64,000 nt of DNA from a virus, in the IMG/VR virus record IMGVR_UViG_3300020463_000007, positions 32,001 through 96,000 of that record; one strand, given 5' to 3'. The translations under genes and the position numbers were made by a program. The notes beneath the pieces are model-generated. The model ran no database searches, was not told the DNA's origin, and saw only the letters and a program-made list of their open reading frames with translations. Shown piece by piece: positions 1 to 9,670 of this stretch (the stretch's first letter is position 1; each line of letters begins with the position of its first letter).

Positions 1-208
1 TTTTCTCAGTTTTTTTAAAACGTGGCTTTTCTCTTTGATCTAATTGTGCTCTAAATTGTTCTGTAACTGTTGGATCGTTACAATGTTTGATAAAAGTCAT
101 CATGCCAGGATAACCAGATCCTTTAAATATAAGTCGTCCGGAAATATAAACTGATGCTTTGTTACTTCCTAATAATAGTACTGCATTTTTGTATTCATAT
201 CTTGTCAA
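1..208 (-). CDS. Hypothetical protein, partial (runs off window start); not in ORF track
   Basis: TTG start overlaps the gp4 stop (TTGA); frame reads MTRYEYKNAVLLLGSNKASVYISG... open to base 1. Confidence 0.55.
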   Translation of the reverse strand, partial: MTRYEYKNAVLLLGSNKASVYISGRLIFKGSGYPGMMTFIKHCNDPTVTEQFRAQLDQREKPRFKKTEK

Positions 209-642
209 CCACGTCTACCCTTATGAAAAATATCCCCTTCTGTAATTACTCTAAAAAATATTCTTTTTTGTTTGCACCAAGCTCTAGCAGCTTTCCATTT
301 TGCTTGATTAACTACAAAATGTGCTTTATTGTATTTACTTCTTCCTAACTTTTCTTCTATTGCTTGATTTGATGGTTTAACTTCTATAAGTTCAACATGT
401 TGTTTGCCTTGGGCATTAGTATATGTAATAAAAAAGTCAGGTACATAAATTGTAAATTTTCCTGTCAATGGGTTTCTATAAGGAATCTTTACTGCTTCAC
501 TTGCCCAATTACGTACACTATTATGCTCGTCACAAAATTTCATGAAAGCAAATTCCCAACTAGATCTATATGTAGGTACAGTTGTACCAATATACTTCTC
601 TGGGTTCTTTAAGGTATATTTGCCTTGTGCAAACCTAGCCAT
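205..642 (-). CDS. gp4: Head completion nuclease (T4 gp4-like, PD-(D/E)xK)
   Basis: NPEKYIG..YRSSWE, YVPDF and LIEVKP motifs typical of the gp4 family. Confidence 0.9.
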   Translation of the reverse strand: MARFAQGKYTLKNPEKYIGTTVPTYRSSWEFAFMKFCDEHNSVRNWASEAVKIPYRNPLTGKFTIYVPDFFITYTNAQGKQHVELIEVKPSNQAIEEKLGRSKYNKAHFVVNQAKWKAARAWCKQKRIFFRVITEGDIFHKGRRG

Positions 643-645
643 AGC

Positions 646-1014
646 TTACACCAATATGTTTCTGCGTTCTGTTTTATCTGAAATTTGATCTGCGGTAGAA
701 TAACCTATTGAACTTGTTGCATCTCTATTATAATTTAATATCTCTGCAACTACATTACTTAATTGTGTTTCTGATAATCCTTTTAATGTATCTAATAATT
801 GAAATACAGGAATTTCATCAAGTTTTGCTTGTGTCAATAAAACTGTAGTTGTTGCTCTTGCGGCTTCACTGCTGAACCCTCTTTTTTCAAAGTAACCAAC
901 AACAGCATTTACATCATTGGTTGGAAAACTAATAGACTTAGTATAATATTTGTCAAAAAAATCTGTAACTTTTTTATCGTTGTTAGCAACATTATTGGAT
1001 GGTAAACTTGGCAT
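646..1014 (-). CDS. Hypothetical protein, likely virion/baseplate associated
   Basis: Tightly packed between a tube-like gene and gp4 in a late operon. Confidence 0.6.
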   Translation of the reverse strand: MPSLPSNNVANNDKKVTDFFDKYYTKSISFPTNDVNAVVGYFEKRGFSSEAARATTTVLLTQAKLDEIPVFQLLDTLKGLSETQLSNVVAEILNYNRDATSSIGYSTADQISDKTERRNILV

Positions 1015-1016
1015 TT

Positions 1017-2288
1017 TTATGTTCCTGTGACTTGTGCATTTAGAGCGGCTCTATCAGCACTTCCTTGATTATTAAAATTTGCGTTAGCTTCGTTAACACC
1101 ACCAGCATTTCCGTTTGCTTGGAAGTTAGATCTATTTTGTTGCCTTGCGGCTGATTCTGCTGCCGCTGGATTTTGACTTGCATTTGATCCGCTTATTGCA
1201 GATGATAATGAACGTAATCCGACCACTGCAGCTGTAGCTACAGCTAAATCCCCTGCTCCTCCTAAACCTCCAGTCTTAGGAAATACAGTTTGTGAAACTC
1301 CGCTTACATTTGTGCCTCCTGCGGCACCTATTGCTCCGGTCAGTAAATTAAATCCTTCCGCACGTAATCCTTCACTACTTAAATTTCTAGCGTTAGCAAT
1401 TAATCCTGCCGCTGCCAGTCCTGCTTGTAATGGACTATTAAAACCAGTACCTTGTGTAATAAATCCAAATAGTTGTGATGCTGTGCCCAGAATACCTCCA
1501 AGCCCGCCACCACTTAACATGCTAGGGGTATTATCATAATGTTCTGGTGCACCAAATCCTTTAGGATTTCCGTTAGTACCAGTTTCAACATTACCCCTAT
1601 CATAAAACACTGATTCATATGCCACTGTAATAGTATTTGCCATTGTGGTTGTACCATCAGCTGAATCAACTGTATCATGTTGCCAATCAGTAATAATTGG
1701 ATTTACTAACGTGTAGGTTGTATACGCCTTTCTTGCCATTTGTGAAATTTGTATATTTTGAAAAAATGGTACTGTAATATTGTTATCTAAACCGTATGAG
1801 AATGTATTTGCTCCAGGACCTTTATATGTGTTATCTCCTGCACCAGCTTTATTATATGCGCCTGGAATTGATTTGTAATTACCGTCTGCAAAATAATATC
1901 TATAATATGCTTCTAGTAATGCTGTAGTGACACCATAATTGTCATCATGAAATGTAATTGTAATTGGATTATATTTTATAGCTGTTTGAACATTCTTTTT
2001 TCTGTTGTATTTGTTTTTAGTTTCAACATCTGCACTGAATCTTGGAAGGTCTGCACTTTTAACAAGCATACCTATTTCTAATTCATGTTTTTGTTTTAGA
2101 TCAGGTAGAATACTTGCCGCTGCAGGATCCATTTGAAAAAAGCAGTGGTATAAAAATTTCTGGTGTGGTGCAAGTTTTTGATTTTCAGTTACAAAAAGTC
2201 TACTAGCATGAGCGTAATCACCTAAGTTTCCTTTAGGGCTTAAAACACCATCTGCTAACTGTCCTAAAAATCCATTGAATGCTGACAT
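1017..2288 (-). CDS. Tail-tube-like baseplate/tube initiator (gp48/gp54-like)
   Basis: N-terminal tube-fold signature (VKSADLP..YNPITITFHDDN..TVAYE) parallels the adjacent tube gene; G/A-rich C-terminus. Confidence 0.65.
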   Translation of the reverse strand: MSAFNGFLGQLADGVLSPKGNLGDYAHASRLFVTENQKLAPHQKFLYHCFFQMDPAAASILPDLKQKHELEIGMLVKSADLPRFSADVETKNKYNRKKNVQTAIKYNPITITFHDDNYGVTTALLEAYYRYYFADGNYKSIPGAYNKAGAGDNTYKGPGANTFSYGLDNNITVPFFQNIQISQMARKAYTTYTLVNPIITDWQHDTVDSADGTTTMANTITVAYESVFYDRGNVETGTNGNPKGFGAPEHYDNTPSMLSGGGLGGILGTASQLFGFITQGTGFNSPLQAGLAAAGLIANARNLSSEGLRAEGFNLLTGAIGAAGGTNVSGVSQTVFPKTGGLGGAGDLAVATAAVVGLRSLSSAISGSNASQNPAAAESAARQQNRSNFQANGNAGGVNEANANFNNQGSADRAALNAQVTGT

Positions 2289-2325
2289 TAATATAATCTC
2301 CTATATTAATATTTATCCATATAAA

Positions 2326-2520
2326 TTAACTGGTCATATTAAAATCTAATTGTCCCCAAGGTATAGGATTTCCGTATGTATCTGTAATTATTTCACCACC
2401 TATAGATCCAACCATTAATTTACCATGTTCATGATAATACTTCGATGGTTTTATTTCTACACCGTTTTTATACTTTTTATAGTTTGGAGATATTTGACCT
2501 TTACGTTTTTTAAACGCCAT
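2326..2520 (-). CDS. Small hypothetical protein
   Basis: AAGGA RBS and own ATAAATA promoter at 2540-2546. Confidence 0.6.
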   Translation of the reverse strand: MAFKKRKGQISPNYKKYKNGVEIKPSKYYHEHGKLMVGSIGGEIITDTYGNPIPWGQLDFNMTS

Positions 2521-2564
2521 TATGTTTCCTTTTTGAAGGTATTTATCGTCAAGGAGTATAGGTC

Positions 2565-2593
2565 AAAAAAAAAGGAGCCGAAGCTCCTTTTTT
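2565..2593 (-). terminator. Intrinsic terminator after tail tube gene
   Basis: GGAGC-UUCG-GCUCC hairpin followed by a long U-tract on the minus strand. Confidence 0.9.
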
Positions 2594-2610
2594 AATTATT
2601 AATTTATATG

Positions 2611-3237
2611 TTAAACGCCGCCACCTGTAATAAGTGTATTCACTGTACGTCCAACCGCTGTACCTAATCCTGTACCTTGTGGTGTTTGGATTGCGTTATC
2701 GTATTGTATTTCTAGTGTTACTCTCATTGGTTCGTTGTTAGCATATGCTAGTTCGTTATAGTTTGCATTTGTTACAAAACAACCATATAATTCAAATGTT
2801 TCTAGTGTAGTCGGAGTATTTGCACCGTTACCACCATCTAGGATTTCAATTGTAGTTGTAAACTTATAATCTTGTCCTGATGCTGCACTTGACTGTTCGA
2901 AGAAATCAAATTGTTTCTGTAATTGCTCACCTACTAATTTTTGTACGTTATTGTTTACATCTTCACGTAAATTAATAGTAATTGGTGACCAAGTATGCTT
3001 ACCTGCTAGGTATGCTTTAGAGTTATAAACTGGAATTTCAATTGGTTCAAAAGCAACTGTTGGTCTAGTTACATCCACTACTTGTTTTGTCAATTCTGTA
3101 GTTGGTGTAGTTACACCAAAATTTTGCAAAGAAACTCTAAATCGATATTGCAGTTTCGGCATTAACAAGCCCTGATTGCTTGCGGAATCTCCACTAGCTA
3201 AAGGGACTGTAATTTTTGATAGTGTTGAAATAGACAT
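2611..3237 (-). CDS. gp19: Tail tube protein
   Basis: YLAGKHTWSPITINLRED, FELYGCF, LEIQYD motifs; directly downstream of sheath. Confidence 0.9.
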   Translation of the reverse strand: MSISTLSKITVPLASGDSASNQGLLMPKLQYRFRVSLQNFGVTTPTTELTKQVVDVTRPTVAFEPIEIPVYNSKAYLAGKHTWSPITINLREDVNNNVQKLVGEQLQKQFDFFEQSSAASGQDYKFTTTIEILDGGNGANTPTTLETFELYGCFVTNANYNELAYANNEPMRVTLEIQYDNAIQTPQGTGLGTAVGRTVNTLITGGGV

Positions 3238-3271
3238 TTAGTTTGCTCCTATATTAATTGTATTTATCATA

Positions 3272-6200
3272 TTAGAGTCCTGCAATTTCCCCAGTATTTT
3301 TAAGCCTTAGTGGAATGTAAATAAATTCTACTGCTTTTACTGGTTCTATAGCTATATCTAAATATAGTTCATTACGGTCAATTCTACTTGGTGTATTATT
3401 GGACTCATCACAGACAACTAAGAAGTCATACAATGCTCTTTGTCCTACTAATTCTAACAGTAAGCTCTCTGCCGCTCCTTTAATCTCATCTCTAGTAATT
3501 TTATCATTAGGTTCAAAGATATATGGTTTTGCAAGTTTTTGTAATTGACTACGTAGGTAAATTACTAAACGTGCTACGTTAATTCTATCTAACGCACTTG
3601 TACCTCTAGCACGAGTTTTTTGTCCATATGCTACTAAGCCTGCTCCTGTAATAAATGTAATAGGATTGACATTCTGTGCGTACAAAGTATCTCTCTGACC
3701 TTCGTTTAATGATACAACATTAAATTCACCTTCTGCATCAACAAACCCTGTTGAAGTTGCATTAGTTATGCCACCTCTTCTAATACCTGCTGGTGCAAAC
3801 CATGGAAAGCTAACCTGATCGCTTAGTGCCATAGTTCTTAGCATCATGTGACTTGGTGGAACAACAATGTTGTTGCCCGCATTATCACTTGAAAATCCTG
3901 CTGGATAAAACACGCCTAAGTATTCATCTCTTGACACAAGTCCATCATCATTATCTTCTGGTGCTAACGCTTGGTTAGTTGCCCAATTATTAAGATCAGT
4001 TGCATTAGATTTTAATGTAAATGGAGCATCACCTATGATAAATGCACTTAAACCTCTGTCATAGTTAAGGCTGATCATTTCACCAATAAGTTCTGGGTAT
4101 CCTGGAGTAGCCATTAAGTTAAACAATCTTGACTCATCATCTCTAATATCAGAATTGCTGTTAACTAATGATTGAAGTGCTTGAACAACAACTTTACGCT
4201 GTGCCTTAGCACCAAAGCTACCTGAACCATCTGCTTGGTTACCTGACTCAGTCACCCAACGATGTGGATAATAATTTTCCATCGCTTCGTTGTTATTGAA
4301 TCTTAAATTATCACCGTTTACATTTACCCAGTTACGCTCAAATCTTTTTACGTTAAATCCACTTCTACGTAGATTGTAAAGTAACATACCTTTTGGATAA
4401 AGTGCTGGATCTGGAGCATCAGTATCTAAGAAGTTACTTACAAGTAAGTCCTCAATTGCACTTGCTGTTGATAAAGATCCTGCTGTTGCATAACGTGCAT
4501 CTGCAAACAATACACCATTCTCTGTAGTTTGATCGGCGCTATCACGTAGCTCCCATCTATTTGCAATTGGTGTGTTTAGTTTATTTGCGTTGAACACATA
4601 TATTTGTGGGTAGCTTGATAATACTGCTGTACTAATCCAAACGTCTCCATTTTTTAGTGCAGTACCATCACTTTGTAGTGTTGGAGAACTTGCACTTACA
4701 ATCGGTCCTGCTGGATCTGTTTGTTCACCTTCAGAAGCATTGTAGTATGGGCTAGTTGAATCTAAATAACCTACCCAAGTAGTACCATTATGAATCATAA
4801 GATCTACTTCGTCTACAACTGAACTATACCATAAAGTTCCTTGGTCTGTTAAAGCTGTAACTTCATTTGGACTTGCAGTATAAGCTAACGGCTTCCATTG
4901 ACTTGCTTGAAGTTGTAATGGATTTGTTGTGCCGTCTGTGCCTGCTACATAATAAAGATTAGGTGTACCGCTTGTTGTACTTACGTATGCAGTAAATCCT
5001 GCTTCAGTTAATGAACCGTCAGTATCAATAAATCTTATATCACCAAACTGTGAATGTGAAATTGTTACTCTATTTTGACTATCAACATCTGCTGTAACAT
5101 TTTCAATATTTGCACTTGTAATTGCTGCCGCAAGTGTGTCTGCATCAGTAATTGTGCCATTAAATGTAGCTGATACTGTAATTGGAGTGTTAAATGTTGC
5201 TTTACCTGCATCTGTTGAAGCTACAGTAAAAGTCTTTACACCTGCTGTCATAGTTGATGCAACAATCTTGCTTCCTCTTACAGATGTTGGAGTTGCTGCT
5301 TCTCTTCTATAAATTTTATATGAACCTAAAGGTTGTGCATCGCCTGCACAATTTGTTTGTACATATAGTGCGCCTGCTGCAAGATTGGCTCCGCCACCTG
5401 CTAAATCAAGTTTATAAAGTGCTTCTTCGTTGCTTGCATATAAAGGAGCTTCTATAGTTTCCCATAACAAAGTTGCACTATTGAATGACTTAACTCTAAA
5501 TCTTGCACCTAAATTTGCTTGTGTAGTTTTAAACCAAATACTACCTGTTGGACGAGTATATGTATCTGCTGTTTTCCATTCTGGCACTGATGTGTGTGCT
5601 GAAATTTGTAATGCTGGTGGAAAGTAATTACCTGCATCTATACCTAATAATGTTAATGTAGCACTATCGCCGCCAATAACAATTGGTCCGCCAAAAGTTG
5701 AATCTGCTGCACCTGAACTATTACCATCACTGTAAATTTCTAACTTACTGTTTACTGCCGCTGCAAGTACACCTGAAATTGATAATCCGTTAATTGTTGC
5801 AGCAATAGTTGTTACTGTATCAACCGATGTAACTGATATTGAAACTCCGTTTACTGTAATTGTTGTGCTTCCTGGAAAAGATGGATTCGCTTTAGAACCT
5901 TGTACGGTAGGCCAACTCTTCATCCAGTCTTCGCTACCTAACTGTACCCAAGTACCTGCTGTAACACCAGGGGCATTACCTGCTGTTTTATACCACATAG
6001 TATTGAGTGTTGTTAATGCTACTACTGCATAGTCGCCTATAGTACCAAATGATGTTTTAGGAGCACCTGGTGCTTCTGCTGTACCTGTAACAAATGTTAC
6101 GTCTGTTATAACGCTAGGTACTCTATTTGTAAAACTCTGTCCGCCTGTTACTGTTACTGCGGCTCCATTCCATTCTTGAAGACCAAATGTTGTTATGGAA

Positions 6201-6616
6201 GTATCAAACCAATAAGTTCCGTTTGTTGGATATGCAGCTGGTGCTGTTGCTTTTGGTTTAAGTTGATTAGTGTCTACATCTGCTCTTGTTACAAAAGCCG
6301 CGTTGCTAATTCCTAAATATGAATATGCCGCTTGTAAACCGTATTCGTTAAGCTCTCCTGCATGTACTGCATTGTTGCTTGCGTCTGTTTCAAATACTGG
6401 ATCACCAAATGTGTCTGCTAAATCTCTTTGAGATGTTAACAAGAAAGGTTTTCCTGCATTTGCTTTAGTTGTTCCTGTTGCTGTTCCTGTACCTGCAGCG
6501 TTCTTTTTATCTTGAGCACTCACAACAAATATCATAGGTGTTGTGCCTGGCTCTGCCGGAGTATAAAAACTCTCGTCGATAACGCTTACTTGTACGCCTG
6601 GTGAAGTTAATGCCAT
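3272..6616 (-). CDS. gp18: Contractile tail sheath protein (long, with insertion domains)
   Basis: N-terminal SPGVQVSVIDES; C-terminal WFAPAG..RG, NVNPI, DRINVARL, FEPND, IEPVKAVEFIYI. Confidence 0.95.
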   Translation of the reverse strand: MALTSPGVQVSVIDESFYTPAEPGTTPMIFVVSAQDKKNAAGTGTATGTTKANAGKPFLLTSQRDLADTFGDPVFETDASNNAVHAGELNEYGLQAAYSYLGISNAAFVTRADVDTNQLKPKATAPAAYPTNGTYWFDTSITTFGLQEWNGAAVTVTGGQSFTNRVPSVITDVTFVTGTAEAPGAPKTSFGTIGDYAVVALTTLNTMWYKTAGNAPGVTAGTWVQLGSEDWMKSWPTVQGSKANPSFPGSTTITVNGVSISVTSVDTVTTIAATINGLSISGVLAAAVNSKLEIYSDGNSSGAADSTFGGPIVIGGDSATLTLLGIDAGNYFPPALQISAHTSVPEWKTADTYTRPTGSIWFKTTQANLGARFRVKSFNSATLLWETIEAPLYASNEEALYKLDLAGGGANLAAGALYVQTNCAGDAQPLGSYKIYRREAATPTSVRGSKIVASTMTAGVKTFTVASTDAGKATFNTPITVSATFNGTITDADTLAAAITSANIENVTADVDSQNRVTISHSQFGDIRFIDTDGSLTEAGFTAYVSTTSGTPNLYYVAGTDGTTNPLQLQASQWKPLAYTASPNEVTALTDQGTLWYSSVVDEVDLMIHNGTTWVGYLDSTSPYYNASEGEQTDPAGPIVSASSPTLQSDGTALKNGDVWISTAVLSSYPQIYVFNANKLNTPIANRWELRDSADQTTENGVLFADARYATAGSLSTASAIEDLLVSNFLDTDAPDPALYPKGMLLYNLRRSGFNVKRFERNWVNVNGDNLRFNNNEAMENYYPHRWVTESGNQADGSGSFGAKAQRKVVVQALQSLVNSNSDIRDDESRLFNLMATPGYPELIGEMISLNYDRGLSAFIIGDAPFTLKSNATDLNNWATNQALAPEDNDDGLVSRDEYLGVFYPAGFSSDNAGNNIVVPPSHMMLRTMALSDQVSFPWFAPAGIRRGGITNATSTGFVDAEGEFNVVSLNEGQRDTLYAQNVNPITFITGAGLVAYGQKTRARGTSALDRINVARLVIYLRSQLQKLAKPYIFEPNDKITRDEIKGAAESLLLELVGQRALYDFLVVCDESNNTPSRIDRNELYLDIAIEPVKAVEFIYIPLRLKNTGEIAGL

Positions 6617-6652
6617 TTCTTTGTCTCCTGTTGGAATAAGTTATTCTACTTG

Positions 6653-6660
6653 TATTTATA
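6653..6660 (-). promoter_or_regulatory. T4-type late promoter TATAAATA for sheath/tube
   Basis: Exact TATAAATA upstream of gp18. The ATAAATA core recurs on the minus strand at 2310, 2540, 3261, 8465, 23029, 23452, 27038, 30571, 35734, 42838, 44348, 46899, 51304, 52352, 56364 and 58815. Confidence 0.85.
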
Positions 6661-6727
6661 AGATTTATTTCAAAAACACCTTAAACATACCCATATAAAG
6701 GGACGATAAAGGGGAGCTAAATACATT

Positions 6728-7066
6728 ATGAGACCTTTATGTGTATGTGGATTACGTCCTGCGGCAATTAACTATAAAAAAGGCACTAAAATTTTTTATA
6801 GGAAAAAATGTGAGCTATGTTGTAAGCATGGAGGTACAGGACACGGTATTCCTAAATGGAAACGTGCAGGTTATGAGAAAAAATCACAATGCGAAAAATG
6901 TGGTTATAAAAGTAAGCACAAAGAGCAGTTTAATGTATTCCATATAGACGGTTCTCTGGATAATTGTAGGTTTACTAATTTAAAAACAATTTGTGCAAAT
7001 TGCCAACGTATTATGCAGAAGCAAGGTGTTCGTTGGAAACAAGGAGATCTTGTACCTGATTTCTAA
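6728..7066 (+). CDS. Zn-finger/HNH-like protein
   Basis: CxC and CxxC pairs; FHIDG..N...NL..ICANC is the HNH pattern with the last His replaced by Gln. Confidence 0.7.
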   Translation: MRPLCVCGLRPAAINYKKGTKIFYRKKCELCCKHGGTGHGIPKWKRAGYEKKSQCEKCGYKSKHKEQFNVFHIDGSLDNCRFTNLKTICANCQRIMQKQGVRWKQGDLVPDF

Positions 7067-7622
7067 GGTCAGTAATAGTCTTATTATTTTCTATAATATA
7101 TGTAAATTTAGTATTTGCCCACGCCCATTCACTTGGATGTACTTCTTTAGGTTCTACTCCTAGTGTTTGATATTCGCTAAACCAATCTGGGTCTTGACCT
7201 CTTTTAACTCGCCATACTTGTCCGTTGATTCCATATATCATTTTAGCTTCATTAGGAAAACGTACATCTGGAATAACAAAATTTATATCAGGATTATCAA
7301 GTATTTTCTTTTTTGTTAAACTAACCCATATACCATCATAAAACCCATCTCTCATACATTCTGTACCAAACAACTGTAGCACATATCTTGGTGTTATTTC
7401 TTCACCTGTTTCGTTAGACCAATATGGATCAATTTGCTCACGCCATTGTCTGCTTTGGTCTGTTTTACCATCAAGCAAATTACGATCCCAATCAAACATA
7501 GTTGCTACACTATCTTTTAATTTATCTGCAAAACTAAGTTTTTGAAAGTTATGCCGTTTAATTAAATGATCTGCAATAGTATCTTTACCGCTACCAATTA
7601 AACCACAAATACCAATAATCAT
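7011..7622 (-). CDS. gp1: Deoxynucleoside monophosphate kinase
   Basis: P-loop GLIGSGKDT, SFADKLK, TPRYVLQLFGTE, DVRFPNE, HPSE. Confidence 0.92.
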   Translation of the reverse strand: MIIGICGLIGSGKDTIADHLIKRHNFQKLSFADKLKDSVATMFDWDRNLLDGKTDQSRQWREQIDPYWSNETGEEITPRYVLQLFGTECMRDGFYDGIWVSLTKKKILDNPDINFVIPDVRFPNEAKMIYGINGQVWRVKRGQDPDWFSEYQTLGVEPKEVHPSEWAWANTKFTYIIENNKTITDLRNQVQDLLVSNEHLASA

Positions 7623-7643
7623 ATAGATCTCCTAAGTATCTAT

Positions 7644-7672
7644 AGTATACTGGATATTACTGTAAATGTCAA
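7644..7672 (-). promoter_or_regulatory. Sigma70-type promoter for dNMP kinase
   Basis: TTGACA-17 nt-TATACT. Confidence 0.85.
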
Positions 7673-7679
7673 GTGTTTT

Positions 7680-8438
7680 TTAACCAATTAAGAAACTATA
7701 ACCTACGCCGCCTGGTACGTTTGTAGCTACGTCTTGCTCTAGTTTTTCCATTTCGGCTTGTGCTTCTTGTTTTAGGGTATCACCGTTAAGTTGGCTTCCG
7801 CCTTGTGGGCCAGCAATAGTTGCAAATTTACTACGTGCTTCGCCTAGCATAAATTTACAAGTTGCGAGTGTATAATCCTTTAGCCATTGATTGGCAAGAT
7901 AATCTGTAATTAATTCACTGTTAGGTCTATAATTATAACATAATAAAAGTAGGTCTTCTTCTGCTCTAGGTCTTTGTAATAGTGTTAATTTTTTATTGGC
8001 TGTATTCCATTTGAATTCAATAAAAGATCCAAACATACGTCCTACAATTTCTTGGTAACCAGAAAATAGTTCATATGATGCAAGTCCGCCCATATTAGAG
8101 CTTGCTAACAAATACGTATTTGTATATGCAAGGTTAAAAGGTTCAAATAACGAGCCGCCATCTCCGCCACCTGTTCTAGAACCTATTGAACGTCTATGTA
8201 TTTTTCTAACTTCTACAATTTCATTAGGTAAAATATATTCATTTTGATCAATCACAGTAGGAAGAAATACATAAGATTCTTCAACAGAATTATCTGATCT
8301 TTGTCTAAATTTACTAAATGCTTTATCTAATGCTGTCTGATAGTGTACAGGATCAAGCTCTACATCGATCATACCTCCGCCTAGCATTGTATGCACGTAA
8401 TCAAATATTTCTTGTTTCTGTGTTTGTAGATCTGCCAT
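7680..8438 (-). CDS. gp13: Neck protein / head-tail adaptor (gp13-like)
   Basis: LGGGMIDVEL, WLKDYTLA..K..LGEARSKF..GPQGG..LNG; start moved to 8438, which follows a GGAGA RBS. Confidence 0.8.
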   Translation of the reverse strand: MADLQTQKQEIFDYVHTMLGGGMIDVELDPVHYQTALDKAFSKFRQRSDNSVEESYVFLPTVIDQNEYILPNEIVEVRKIHRRSIGSRTGGGDGGSLFEPFNLAYTNTYLLASSNMGGLASYELFSGYQEIVGRMFGSFIEFKWNTANKKLTLLQRPRAEEDLLLLCYNYRPNSELITDYLANQWLKDYTLATCKFMLGEARSKFATIAGPQGGSQLNGDTLKQEAQAEMEKLEQDVATNVPGGVGYSFLIG

Positions 8439-8487
8439 AAATATTCTCCGAATTGTCCTCATAGTATTTATCGTTCTTATCGTTCCG

Positions 8488-8494
8488 ATAAATA
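8488..8494 (+). promoter_or_regulatory. Late promoter (ATAAATA), divergent from the one at 8465-8471
   Basis: ATAAATA 5 nt before ATG 8500; no Shine-Dalgarno. Confidence 0.75.
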
Positions 8495-8499
8495 CTTGT

Positions 8500-9660
8500 A
8501 TGCCAAGACTTAGTTTATATAAGCCCGAACGTGGTAATGATTACGAATTTTTAGACAAGCAAATACTTGAAATGTTTACTGTTGGTGGAACTGACATGTT
8601 TATACACAAGTATTTGGGTCCTAAAAATCCTGGTGAAGATGATGCCACAGCAGATCAGCCTAAATATGATGCTGTAAAACATACTAATATACAAGATTTA
8701 TTATTTCTTGAAAACAGAGACAGAAAATATGATAAAGATGTATATACTATGCGTGGTATATATAATGTCCAAGATGTTGACTTTGATTTAAGTCAGTTCG
8801 GATTATTTTTACAAAACGACACTTTAATGCTTACAATACACATTAGAAGTAGTGTAAAAACATTAGGTCGTAAAATCATGCCAGGTGATGTGATAGAATT
8901 GCCTCATTTAAGAGACGAATATGCACAGAATGATTTAGCTGTAGCATTAAAAAGATTTTATGTAGTTGAGGATGTAAACCGTGCCAGTGAGGGTTTTACA
9001 CAAACATGGTATCCGCATTTATACAGACTAAAGTTAAAACAAATTTACGACAGTCAAGAATACAAAGATATATTAGATTTACCAGCAGAAGAAGATGCTC
9101 CTGGTGGTAACACACTACGTGATTTACTATCTACCTACGAAAAAGAAATGCAAATTAATAATGCTGTTGTTAAACAAGCAGAAGCAGATAGTGCAAAAAG
9201 CGGTTATGATACAAGTCATTTGTTTACTTTACAAACTGACGATTCTGGAAAAACAGAACTTGTTACTGTAGATTCTGCGACACTTGATGCATCAGATGGT
9301 ATCAATGTTGATAAAGTAATGGTACCGCCTGATAAAAATGGTTATCAAGGATATCTATTAGGTGACGGATTACCACCTAACGGAGAAGTTTTTGGACATG
9401 GTATAAGTTTTCCGATTGAGCCTTCAACTCATGATTATTTTTTAAGGACAGATTTTTTGCCAAACAGACTATTTAAATATGACGGTAACCGTTGGGTTAA
9501 ATTAGAAGATGGTGTACGAATGACACTTTCACAAACCGATGACAAGAAAACACTGAAAAGTGGTTTTGTCAACAATACACAAACTGATAACATTGGTGGA
9601 GAAACTGTCAAAGAAAGACAAAGTTTATCTAAAGCACTTAAAGCTAAGCCAGATAATTAA
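8500..9660 (+). CDS. Neck/head-closure protein (gp14-like)
   Basis: DLSQFGLFLQND, GDVIELPHL, FYVVEDV; lies between gp13-like and gp15-like genes. Confidence 0.7.
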   Translation: MPRLSLYKPERGNDYEFLDKQILEMFTVGGTDMFIHKYLGPKNPGEDDATADQPKYDAVKHTNIQDLLFLENRDRKYDKDVYTMRGIYNVQDVDFDLSQFGLFLQNDTLMLTIHIRSSVKTLGRKIMPGDVIELPHLRDEYAQNDLAVALKRFYVVEDVNRASEGFTQTWYPHLYRLKLKQIYDSQEYKDILDLPAEEDAPGGNTLRDLLSTYEKEMQINNAVVKQAEADSAKSGYDTSHLFTLQTDDSGKTELVTVDSATLDASDGINVDKVMVPPDKNGYQGYLLGDGLPPNGEVFGHGISFPIEPSTHDYFLRTDFLPNRLFKYDGNRWVKLEDGVRMTLSQTDDKKTLKSGFVNNTQTDNIGGETVKERQSLSKALKAKPDN

Positions 9661-9670
9661 GGTATAATAA

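Noticed and set aside
8439-8462. Longer start for the gp13-like gene
   Set aside because: ATG 8462 is only 2 nt from the promoter; ATG 8438 has a GGAGA RBS
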